A stretch of DNA of 64,000 bases from an uncultured Candidatus Izemoplasmatales bacterium (GTDB lineage Bacteria > Bacillota_I > Bacilli_A > Izemoplasmatales > Izemoplasmataceae). Position 1 is the stretch's first letter. Each line of letters begins with the position of its first letter. Under the pieces are notes generated by a model. The model saw only the letters and a list, made by a program, of their open reading frames with translations. It had not been told where the DNA came from and made no database searches. Of this stretch, positions 1-8,134 are shown piece by piece. A program made the position numbers and the translations under genes. The stretch spans positions 1,687-65,686 of the forward strand of contig CAZOPM010000002.1 of NCBI GenBank assembly GCA_964581705.1. The letters are read 5' to 3'.

Positions 1-714
1 GGTGTCTTAGAGATCACCAGCGGAACGCATCTGAGCAGCATCTATGCATCAGGTAATCCTCAGCCTTATGGTGAGGTAAGTGACTATGTCCTCACCGATC
101 CATTCACGCTTGAACGATTGGACTCCTACCCTCTACTTACCCTCAAGACACAAAAGGGTTCACTGTGGGCTGATGTCTATGCCCATATGCTTTATCAGAT
201 GAGTATTGAAACAGGCATGACCTTTGTCAATGATATGGAAGACCTTGAAGCCTTATGGTACGTTGAACAAAGCAAAGAATCGGTTCAATGGCTCCCCGAG
301 GAATCTGAAGGAGATTATGTCTATGGTGAGGGGTTCACTGTGGTAGTGACCCATGGATTTAGTGACGCAGTATATAGTTTCACTGAAGAGATTGAGGGGC
401 CCAGTGCGTATTTTGAGCGTCTTTTGGCCGATGGCAAAGAAGCCTTAAGTATTCCACTTGCCGATCTCGATGCCGTGGATAAGTTCTTGTTCCTCCCAGA
501 AGAAACGATTCATGGAATTTCTGTGGAATGGGACAGTGACTCAGAGCATATCGAATTGGGCGGAACCTACGGTATTGAAAGTAGGCGCAGTGCGAAGAAA
601 GTGCTTGCGTCAATAAGTGATGTGGAAGAGCCGACTCCCTTCAGTCTGAGTGCGACGCTGCAAATCGAAGGCATCAGTGAAACAAAAACATTCACAGGGA
701 CGCTCGTGCCATAA
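1..714 (+). CDS. hypothetical protein, 3' portion (start lies upstream of the window)
   Basis: Frame 1 is open from nt 1 to TAA 712-714. The ORF-track start (TTG 118) is a truncation artefact. A strong terminator follows. No motif recognised. Confidence 0.6.
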   Translation, partial: GVLEITSGTHLSSIYASGNPQPYGEVSDYVLTDPFTLERLDSYPLLTLKTQKGSLWADVYAHMLYQMSIETGMTFVNDMEDLEALWYVEQSKESVQWLPEESEGDYVYGEGFTVVVTHGFSDAVYSFTEEIEGPSAYFERLLADGKEALSIPLADLDAVDKFLFLPEETIHGISVEWDSDSEHIELGGTYGIESRRSAKKVLASISDVEEPTPFSLSATLQIEGISETKTFTGTLVP

Positions 715-751
715 AAAAACGCCCATCATTGTCGCTTTGATGGGCGTTTTA
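713..751. terminator. bidirectional intrinsic terminator between convergent genes
   Basis: Perfect 10-bp stem ACGCCCATCA/TGATGGGCGT (719-728/739-748) flanked by an A-run and a T-run. Confidence 0.8.
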
Positions 752-754
752 TCT

Positions 755-1903
755 TTAGAATCTGTAAATTGCGGCGGCACCGGTGGTAGTGGGCATGGTC
801 TCACCGGGGATCACGGTTGCACGTCCGCCATTTTGGATGACGAGGTCGAGAATATCATCAAGGGCATCATCGATCTTGGTGTTGTGTTTTTCCTTGTGTA
901 TCAGGGTGCCGTGGGCACTATCAACGCGCCCGGGGATTTGTCTGTGGGCCTCGATGAGAATCGTGTCAATGCGTCCAGCGGCCGCTGCTTTAGCAATGGC
1001 GTGGATGTTGTGGGAGCCTATGCCTTTTTGATAGGCTTTGTTAAAGCGGTCCTTGAGTGCTTCGATTTCTCGTTGATAGCGGGGTTCGATGACCGACCAT
1101 GCGAGGTCCTTGATATCATGTTCATCCAAGTCTCTTGGTGAGCGTTTGATGCCTTCGTTGATCAACTGCGGGTTTTTGGAAATTTTCCTAAAGGGTTCGT
1201 GGTATTCGGGCAATGCTAAAAGGATGAGCGGTTTTTTCGATTTGTTGGAATAGTTTTCCGCAATATGTCTATCAAGCAGTTTCAAATAGCGTTCGTTGTC
1301 CTTGTCGACTTCATCTTTGCGGGATTTGTGACCATGAAACATCGGCGTTTTTCCAACCCCGCCGTAAGAGCCTTGAGAGAGGTAGCCTTCTGTGTATTCA
1401 TCCCCCAGAAAGTCCTGGATGGTCTTGGGGTCGCTTTCTTTGAGAAGGATTTCACGGAATCCCGTACGGTTTCCTTCATACAGCGTATAGGTATAGCGGT
1501 CCAAAGCGAGGACGTGATAATCATCAAGACCCTGTTGGTCGCGAATAAGTGGCTTGGTGTGGAAACGCTGACCAACCATTGCGATTTCCTTGGGTTGATT
1601 TTGCAGGATGTAGACGACAGTGTCGTAGGCGTTGGCAAAAACCGCCAGCCCGTCCTGGCGTTGGTTCCAAAGCGCACGGTCGTTTTTGAGTCCGTTGAGC
1701 GTATCGATGATCGTTTTGGTCGTATGTTCATCAAATGAGTTTCTGAGTTGCTTCTCTGTGGATTTAATCAAGTTGGAGAGGCGGATCTTGTCCTCCTCAT
1801 TTTTGTTCACATCCCTGTGGGTGGGACTGTAGATGGAAACATTTACCGTTTCCTTCGTGTTTAAGATAGGATGTGGATATTCAGTAGCGATTGTGTAAGC
1901 CAT
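755..1903 (-). CDS. eRF1/Pelota-fold (baeRF-like) family protein, function unknown
   Basis: 382-aa ORF with AAGGAGGG SD 6 nt before the ATG. The C-terminal GRIDTILIEA...GGRATVIP...GAAAIYRF resembles the eRF1/Pelota C-terminal domain signature (from memory, not searched). Confidence 0.5.
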   Translation of the reverse strand: MAYTIATEYPHPILNTKETVNVSIYSPTHRDVNKNEEDKIRLSNLIKSTEKQLRNSFDEHTTKTIIDTLNGLKNDRALWNQRQDGLAVFANAYDTVVYILQNQPKEIAMVGQRFHTKPLIRDQQGLDDYHVLALDRYTYTLYEGNRTGFREILLKESDPKTIQDFLGDEYTEGYLSQGSYGGVGKTPMFHGHKSRKDEVDKDNERYLKLLDRHIAENYSNKSKKPLILLALPEYHEPFRKISKNPQLINEGIKRSPRDLDEHDIKDLAWSVIEPRYQREIEALKDRFNKAYQKGIGSHNIHAIAKAAAAGRIDTILIEAHRQIPGRVDSAHGTLIHKEKHNTKIDDALDDILDLVIQNGGRATVIPGETMPTTTGAAAIYRF

Positions 1904-2033
1904 GACAACCCTCCTTGAATTTGGTTTCTAACTACATTATACCTTGGAGTCATGGGTGTAAACAAGTTTTATCAACACCATTAAAGATGTGGTACAATAA
2001 ATTTACTATGAATTAAAAAAGGGAGTGAAAGCC

Positions 2034-3260
2034 ATGCAATGGCTTATTGTAGGGATTATTATAATCATGTATTGTATCGAAGTGTTAACCGGGATACTCA
2101 ACTATCGCCATAGGAATGCACCCCTTCCTAGCAACGTGCAAGGACTGTATGACACCGCGCAGTATGATAAGTGGCTCGAATATTCCATGTGGAATTTTAA
2201 ATTTTCACTGATTCAAAAGACACTTAATGTCGCTGTGCTTTTAATGCTTCTTATAAGCGGGGCTTTTGGCATGATTGAATCATTCATTCCACCACAGCCC
2301 AACGCGATTGTGCATTCGGTAGTTTTTTTGGCCCTTTACGGTGTGATTCGCCTCATCATAAGCATTCCCTTTGATTATTACGCCACGTTCGTTATTGAAG
2401 AGGCGTTCGGCTTTAATAAAATGACCATCGCCACGTTCTTCAAAGACATCCTTAAAAGCGTGCTTCTGAGTGTTGTGGTGGGTGGTGTGATCATCATCGC
2501 ACTCAACGGCCTTTATCTTTGGTTCGCACAATCCATTGTCTGGTTTGCTTTGGGTGCATTCGCACTCATCACCGTGGTGATGGTCGCCTTATTCATGCTC
2601 AATGGCGTGCTGGTGCGTGCGTTCAATACGCTTAAACCCCTCGAAGAAGGCGCGTTGAAAACAGAGATTGAAGCGCTCGCAAAGCGTCTGGGGTTTTCCA
2701 TTAAAAAAGTTTATGTTATGGACGCATCGAAACGCTCATCCAAACTTAACGCGTTTTTCACAGGACTTGGAAAAACGCGCGAAGTGGTACTTTTTGATAC
2801 CTTGGTCGACCGCATGGACTCACCACAGATTCTTGGTGTGCTTGCGCATGAACTTGGGCATGCGACCTACAAGGATACTTGGCGCATGCTCGGATTACAG
2901 ATTGTACACATCGGTGTTTTCACCACAATCCTTGGATGGACTCTAAGTACCCCATCCCTTCACGAAGCCTTTGGCTTAAACGGTGTGAATTTCGCCTTCG
3001 CCCTTGTCTTGTTCGGTGTACTCGTGCGCCCGGTCAATCTATTTTTATCCCTGGGAAGCAACGCACACTCACGCATTGCCGAATATCGTGCGGATGCCTT
3101 CGCTGTTGAGCACACATCGGCTAATTCTCTGGGCGACGCGCTTAAGACACTGAGTGTGGAGAACTTTGCCAATCTTACGCCCCATCCGCTTTATGTGTTG
3201 CTGCACTATTCACACCCACCCATCGATCAACGCCTTAGGGCAATTGGCTTCGATAAGTGA
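2034..3260 (+). CDS. M48-family zinc metalloprotease (Ste24/HtpX-like), membrane-bound
   Basis: HELGH (HEXXH) motif after a multi-TM N-terminal half. GGGAG SD lies 8 nt before ATG 2034; the track's GTG 2025 overlaps the SD. Confidence 0.85.
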   Translation: MQWLIVGIIIIMYCIEVLTGILNYRHRNAPLPSNVQGLYDTAQYDKWLEYSMWNFKFSLIQKTLNVAVLLMLLISGAFGMIESFIPPQPNAIVHSVVFLALYGVIRLIISIPFDYYATFVIEEAFGFNKMTIATFFKDILKSVLLSVVVGGVIIIALNGLYLWFAQSIVWFALGAFALITVVMVALFMLNGVLVRAFNTLKPLEEGALKTEIEALAKRLGFSIKKVYVMDASKRSSKLNAFFTGLGKTREVVLFDTLVDRMDSPQILGVLAHELGHATYKDTWRMLGLQIVHIGVFTTILGWTLSTPSLHEAFGLNGVNFAFALVLFGVLVRPVNLFLSLGSNAHSRIAEYRADAFAVEHTSANSLGDALKTLSVENFANLTPHPLYVLLHYSHPPIDQRLRAIGFDK

Positions 3261-3272
3261 TTTGCGAAATGC

Positions 3273-3302
3273 TTACACATCCAGACCAATGTATGCTATA
3301 AT
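3273..3302 (+). promoter_or_regulatory. sigma-A-type promoter upstream of typA
   Basis: TTACAC (3273-3278), 18-nt spacer, extended -10 TGcTATAAT (3294-3302). Confidence 0.55.
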
Positions 3303-3330
3303 GCTAAAGCGTAAGTACAAGAAAACCCTT

Positions 3331-3358
3331 AAAGCGATGCGCGATGCATCGCTTTTTT
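3331..3358 (+). terminator. intrinsic terminator (M48 gene terminator and/or typA leader attenuator)
   Basis: 7-bp stem GCGATGC/GCATCGC (3334-3340/3346-3352) followed by TTTTTT. It lies downstream of the promoter-like element and 20 nt upstream of the typA ATG. Confidence 0.75.
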
Positions 3359-3378
3359 ATTGAGAAAGAAGGAACACT

Positions 3379-5190
3379 ATGCAAAACATTATTAATGTCG
3401 GCGTGGTCGCCCACGTCGACGCCGGAAAATCAACGCTTGTCGATGCAATGCTTCAACAAAGCGGAATATTTTCCGACCACGAAACACTCGTAGAACAAGT
3501 CATGGACTCTAATGATTTGGAACGCGAACGCGGGATCACCATCTATTCAAAAAACTGTGCGATTGAATATGCGGGGACTAAAATCAACATTGTCGATACA
3601 CCGGGCCATGCGGATTTTTCCAGTGAGGTTGAACGCATCATTCAAACCCTCGATACGATTATTTTACTTGTGGATGCTTCTGAGGGCCCTATGCCCCAGA
3701 CACGCGTTCTGCTTGAAAAATCCCTCGCTCGCGGGCTCAAACCTATTCTTTTCATTAACAAAATTGATAAAAAGGATGCCAGAAGCGACCATGTGGTCGA
3801 TATGAGCTTTGATCTATTTGCAGAACTTGGTGCCACAGACGAACAATTGGATTTTCCCGTTGTTTACGGCATAGCCAAGGACGGGCGCGCCACTATCGAT
3901 CTTGATAAAGAAAGCGATAATCTCAAACCGATGTTTGACTTGCTTATTGACCATGTGAGACCCTATCCGGATTACGCCTCACGTCCGCTGCAATTTCAAA
4001 TCACAGCGCTTGATTATGATGATTATCAAGGGCGTATGGGCATGGGCCGCATCACGCAGGGAACCATTAAAAAAGGTATGTCGTGCATGCAAATCAAACG
4101 CGACGGCACGCTGAATCGTTCAAAAATTTCCAAAGTGTACGTCCACCGCGGGCTTAAACGCGTAGAAGTCGAAGAAGCGCGCGCCGGTGAAATGGTCATT
4201 GTAACAGGGATCGCCTCGATCTCCATCGGAGAGACACTCAGCGATACCGAAGTGATTAAAGCGATGTCGCCTCTGACCATCGAACCCCCTACCCTCACCA
4301 TGCATTTTCTTGTCAATGACTCACCCTTTGCAGGAAAAAGCGGCCATTTTCTGACAAGCCGTCAGATTCGCGACCGCCTGCAAAAAGAACTTGAAACCAA
4401 CGTAGGATTGCGTGTAGAGCCCCTTGAAGAACAAGAGGGCTACAAAGTGAGCGGCCGAGGCGAGCTGCATCTTTCAATTTTGCTCGAAAAGATGCGTCGT
4501 GAAGGCTATGAGCTTTCTGTAAGCAAGCCAGAGGTCATGCTCAAGGAAGTGGATGGTGTCATTCACGAACCCTTCGAAAAAGTGATGATCACCCTTAAGG
4601 ATGACTATGCCGGCAGTGTCATCACCCAAATGAATTTCAACAAAGGTACAATGCTGAGCATGACATCCGATTCAGGCTATACGAAACTTGAGTATATCGC
4701 GCCTACGCGCGGATTGATCGGGTATCGAAGTGACTTTATCAATTCTACGCACGGAACGGGCATCATGGAGAAAGTCTTTTATAAATTCCTACCGCATGTT
4801 GGCACGATTGACCAACACCGCAACGGCGTGTTCATCTCCAAGGATACCGGCACTGCGATGGCGTATTCGCTTTTCAATCTATCTGAGCGGGGAACCATGT
4901 TTGTCGACGCGGCAACCGAAGTCTATGAAGGCATGCTTGTAGGACTCAATTCAAGAGACAACGACTTGGTTGTCAATCCTACTAAAAATAAAAAGCTCAC
5001 CAACGTCCGTTCAAGTGGCACCGACGAGGCAGTGAAATTGATTGACCCCAAACGGTTTACCCTAGAAGAAGCACTTGAGTTCATCGCAGGGGATGAATTG
5101 GTGGAAATCACGCCAGAGGCCATACGGATGCGCAAGAAGCAACTCAATGAAAAAGATAGAAAAAATTCCCAAAAACTTGCAAGTCAATAA
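3379..5190 (+). CDS. typA: translational GTPase TypA/BipA
   Basis: 603 aa with G motifs AHVDAGKST, DTPGH and NKID, and EF-G-like domain order. GAAGGA SD upstream. Confidence 0.95.
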   Translation: MQNIINVGVVAHVDAGKSTLVDAMLQQSGIFSDHETLVEQVMDSNDLERERGITIYSKNCAIEYAGTKINIVDTPGHADFSSEVERIIQTLDTIILLVDASEGPMPQTRVLLEKSLARGLKPILFINKIDKKDARSDHVVDMSFDLFAELGATDEQLDFPVVYGIAKDGRATIDLDKESDNLKPMFDLLIDHVRPYPDYASRPLQFQITALDYDDYQGRMGMGRITQGTIKKGMSCMQIKRDGTLNRSKISKVYVHRGLKRVEVEEARAGEMVIVTGIASISIGETLSDTEVIKAMSPLTIEPPTLTMHFLVNDSPFAGKSGHFLTSRQIRDRLQKELETNVGLRVEPLEEQEGYKVSGRGELHLSILLEKMRREGYELSVSKPEVMLKEVDGVIHEPFEKVMITLKDDYAGSVITQMNFNKGTMLSMTSDSGYTKLEYIAPTRGLIGYRSDFINSTHGTGIMEKVFYKFLPHVGTIDQHRNGVFISKDTGTAMAYSLFNLSERGTMFVDAATEVYEGMLVGLNSRDNDLVVNPTKNKKLTNVRSSGTDEAVKLIDPKRFTLEEALEFIAGDELVEITPEAIRMRKKQLNEKDRKNSQKLASQ

Positions 5191-5215
5191 AGCGTCCGCC
5201 GGACGCTTTTTTTTT
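5189..5215 (+). terminator. intrinsic terminator of typA
   Basis: AGCGTCC-GCC-GGACGCT hairpin followed by a 9-T run. Confidence 0.85.
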
Positions 5216-5322
5216 GCAATTTACGCACTGTCAATTTTCACAGGATGGTAAAGATGCCTTGGTGTTTTATGTGATACCTAGTATAATGAAAATAGAAAAT
5301 TCCAGATGAAAGGATATCGGCA

Positions 5323-6201
5323 ATGAGCAAAAAAATTGGTGTCTCACTCACCGGCGGTGGTGCGCGCGGTGGCTATCAGATTGGCGCGCTCAAGGCGCTT
5401 AGAGACTTGGGCATCCTTGAGAAGGTTCAGTGTTACGCTGGCACATCAATCGGTGCGGCAAACGTTGCGGTGGCGGCCTCACGCGGTGTGGAAGCCGCTG
5501 AGGCGGTGTGGCGTAATCTTCCAGAAGATAACATTCCTAAAAAAGATAAAGTCAGCGACACACGTCCACGGTTCAAAATCAATTTACCCGATTTGAAAGA
5601 AGGCATGTATTCCATGGATGTTTTTGAAAGGGTCATGAGCGAGTCCATTGATTATGATGCGATGAAGACAAAAGAAGTGTATGTGACCGTCTCCCGGGGC
5701 GGCCAGTCCGACCAGAGTTTCTTGAGTATATTTCGTTCAACGTATTCACATTATGTCCGCAGGGATTCTCAGGTTGATTACATGCCTTTGCACAAGCTGA
5801 GTTCGAAGATGATTATTCAATCAGTGGTCGCTTCGTGTTCAGTTCCAGTGTTTTTCTCCCCCGTCACCATCAACGATACACAGTTTTATGATGGGGGAGT
5901 GTTTGACAACGTTCCCGTCACACCGCTAGTGGAAGCTGGATGTGATGAAATTATCATCATTTATCTCCACCGAAACGGTAAACGTTTCACCAATCCGTCC
6001 AAAATTTTTGAGAATGTTAAATTCCACGAAATTAAACACACGGGTCGAAACCTTGGGCGTGTTTTGAAATTTAGCAAAGAACAGACCGACAGACTCATTG
6101 CACTTGGCTATGAAGAGACCATGCATTATTTTGAAACCCTTCAGGAAAGTGAGCCAATGTCTGTCTCTCGCTCGCGCAGTAATGATCAGTCCTATCAATA
6201 A
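5323..6201 (+). CDS. patatin-like phospholipase
   Basis: 292 aa with GGGARGG oxyanion motif, GTSIG (GxSxG) nucleophile and a DGG motif later. Confidence 0.85.
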   Translation: MSKKIGVSLTGGGARGGYQIGALKALRDLGILEKVQCYAGTSIGAANVAVAASRGVEAAEAVWRNLPEDNIPKKDKVSDTRPRFKINLPDLKEGMYSMDVFERVMSESIDYDAMKTKEVYVTVSRGGQSDQSFLSIFRSTYSHYVRRDSQVDYMPLHKLSSKMIIQSVVASCSVPVFFSPVTINDTQFYDGGVFDNVPVTPLVEAGCDEIIIIYLHRNGKRFTNPSKIFENVKFHEIKHTGRNLGRVLKFSKEQTDRLIALGYEETMHYFETLQESEPMSVSRSRSNDQSYQ

Positions 6202-6233
6202 AAGCCACGCATGCATCAATTGCGTGGCTTTTA
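6201..6233 (+). terminator. intrinsic terminator of patatin gene
   Basis: 10-bp stem AAGCCACGCA/TGCGTGGCTT followed by TTTT. Confidence 0.7.
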
Positions 6234-6291
6234 CATGACGAAAACAGCGTCGTGTATACTGACAATACTTTGTGAGAAGGCGTAATATTTG

Positions 6292-6320
6292 TTTACATTA
6301 CACACTTTATTTGCTATACT
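6292..6320 (+). promoter_or_regulatory. near-consensus sigma-A promoter with no protein gene downstream
   Basis: TTTACA (6292-6297), 17-nt spacer, TATACT (6315-6320). Confidence 0.6.
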
Positions 6321-6326
6321 ATCCAT

Positions 6327-6468
6327 CAATGCGAATGATTTGCACTGGTGGCCCATCGCAATAATAGCTTTTTCATAATACTCCTTTTATTCTCTTATAT
6401 TTTTTGGCGGTACTTTATGGGCCATCATTGCAAATCATTAGAAAAGCTCTCGTCTGAGAGCTTTTTTT
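6327..6468 (+). ncRNA. candidate small RNA of about 140 nt (unclassified)
   Basis: Runs from the promoter-proximal start to the terminator (stem AAGCTCTC/GAGAGCTT 6444-6451/6456-6463 plus T7). A 24-nt-arm hairpin (6333-6356 / 6417-6440) has a 60-nt AU-rich loop containing ACTCCTTTT (anti-SD-like). Confidence 0.4.
6328..6346. promoter_or_regulatory. Fur-family-like (7-1-7 dyad) operator, copy 1
   Basis: AATGCGAATGATTTGCACT. The first 17 nt are identical to the box at 15303-15319. The dyad is TGCGAAT-G-ATTTGCA. It sits at the predicted transcription start. Confidence 0.5.
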
Positions 6469-6535
6469 ATTTTTGGCTTTATTGAAGTAAAAACGCATGT
6501 CCCTTGCTTAGTCGCTTGGAAGAACAGCGTATGAT

Positions 6536-7480
6536 TTAAGCATCATCGTGTTCGCTTAATTGCTTTCGGGCTTTAATCATGCGTTTTGGCATACTGAGGG
6601 GGGTTGATAGTTGTGTGTAATCGTTGAAGGCGGCTTTGAGTCCATCCAGCATAACGATTTTTTCAGGGTGAAATTTATTGATTTTTGATACATCGAGGTG
6701 AAACTCCATATCTGGGAAAGGGAAATAGTGCGTTACAGGCACATCGGTTTTGGCCGGGTCAATCTCGATTATCCAGGGGGTCTTGTAGGCGGCGTAGCCA
6801 CAAAGATGGATCCATTCCACTAAGGTGATCGGTGTCGTGTCGCCCACGTTATAGGTATCAGGAGGGACAGCGCCTTCAAGCACGGCTTTGATGGTTTGGG
6901 CCAGATCGCGAGCGTATACGAATTGGATGCGATTGGTGCTCTTGGGAACATATACCGGCCATTCGTTTTCAAGCAGATGGAATAAAAGACGTTCTCTTAG
7001 AATGTAGTTGAATTCACCGTAGACAAAAGGAGGGCGAAGGATGGTGAGAATTGGCCCTAAAGCAGATCTTAGATAAGTTTCACAGGCAATTTTATTGTAC
7101 GCATAATCGCCGAAAGGATTGGTTTTGGTATCCACAGAATCACTTTCCTTGTAAGGCGGTGTGCCCTTGGTGCCATACACTGCGGCAGTGGATATGAAGA
7201 TGAAATGCTTGAGCGCCTCCGTGTCAAGCGCTTCTAGTAAGATTACTGATTGTTCCTGGGTGAATGCGGAGATATCAATGACCGCATCAAAAGTGTGCCC
7301 GCTCAGGGCATTTTTCATTTGCGCTACGTCGTTGCGGTCAGCAACGAGTTGGGTAATGGCTTGTGATTGAAGGGGATGGGTGCCTCGATTCAACACATAG
7401 ATTTCATGTGTGTCTTTGAGTGCGTCGATGACGTGTTTTCCTATGAAATACGACCCACCCATAATAAGTAATTTTTGCAT
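6536..7480 (-). CDS. NAD-dependent epimerase/dehydratase family protein (extended SDR)
   Basis: 314 aa with N-terminal GGSYFIG Rossmann motif and a YxxxK-type segment (YAYNK). Confidence 0.8.
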   Translation of the reverse strand: MQKLLIMGGSYFIGKHVIDALKDTHEIYVLNRGTHPLQSQAITQLVADRNDVAQMKNALSGHTFDAVIDISAFTQEQSVILLEALDTEALKHFIFISTAAVYGTKGTPPYKESDSVDTKTNPFGDYAYNKIACETYLRSALGPILTILRPPFVYGEFNYILRERLLFHLLENEWPVYVPKSTNRIQFVYARDLAQTIKAVLEGAVPPDTYNVGDTTPITLVEWIHLCGYAAYKTPWIIEIDPAKTDVPVTHYFPFPDMEFHLDVSKINKFHPEKIVMLDGLKAAFNDYTQLSTPLSMPKRMIKARKQLSEHDDA

Positions 7481-7516
7481 CGTGTATCACCTTTCTTTTG
7501 TTGGGAATGATTCCTA

Positions 7517-7545
7517 TTGACAAATAGAGTTGTTGCACATACAAT
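7517..7545 (+). promoter_or_regulatory. sigma-A promoter of the MarR-family gene
   Basis: TTGACA (7517-7522), 17-nt spacer, TACAAT (7540-7545). GTTGCACAT / GTTGCATGT direct repeats overlap and follow it. Confidence 0.5.
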
Positions 7546-7598
7546 AAATATAGTAGTTGCATGTAAAACAATTATAATTGTTTATGTGGAGGGGTTCA

Positions 7599-8039
7599 AT
7601 GCCTAGCCGCGTCATCAGTCGAGATTTGCGAATAATGAACAACTTAATCATGCGCTACTTTGAAAAAGCCAGCACCATCCAATATGTCCAGTCAGTCACA
7701 GGGTCCAACACATTCATCATCCGATTTTTGGCCCGTCATGATGGCTCAGCCGTGTATCAAAAAGATATAGAGGAAAACTTTTCAATCACCCGTTCAACCA
7801 CTTCAAGAGTGCTTGCACTGATGGAAAAGAAGAACCTGATTGTCCGTGAAAGCGTTGAAGGGGACAAACGTTTGAAACGCATCGTCCTTACAGACAAAGC
7901 ATGGGCGCTGCACAAAAGCATCCTTGAGGAAATCGACGCATTTGAAGCGACACTGACGCAAAATTTGAGTGAAGAAGAGATTGACCAATTTCTTAAAATT
8001 CTCACTCAGATGAAAACCAATCTTGAAAATGTGAAATGA
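7599..8039 (+). CDS. MarR-family transcriptional regulator
   Basis: Winged-helix pattern (ITRSTTSRVLALMEKKNLIVRE...DKRLKRI). GGAGG SD lies 6 nt before ATG 7599, so the track start 7578 is rejected. Confidence 0.85.
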   Translation: MPSRVISRDLRIMNNLIMRYFEKASTIQYVQSVTGSNTFIIRFLARHDGSAVYQKDIEENFSITRSTTSRVLALMEKKNLIVRESVEGDKRLKRIVLTDKAWALHKSILEEIDAFEATLTQNLSEEEIDQFLKILTQMKTNLENVK

Positions 8040-8105
8040 CCTTACGCCGTGAACCTGGTATCTATGGAGCCGGTTCACTCCAAACATAGACCCACCCTCC
8101 TTTTT

Positions 8106-8134
8106 CTCCCCCGCAGTCTGCGGGGGAGTTTTTT
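8106..8134 (+). terminator. intrinsic terminator of the MarR gene
   Basis: 10-bp GC-rich stem CTCCCCCGCA/TGCGGGGGAG followed by TTTTTT. Confidence 0.85.

Noticed and set aside
5189-5215. Near-identical terminators AAAGCGTCCGC(C)GGACGCTTTTT at 5189 and 18648 as a possible dispersed repeat (REP-like element)
   Set aside because: Only the short palindromic hairpin is shared, the flanks are unrelated, and each sits where a normal terminator is expected.
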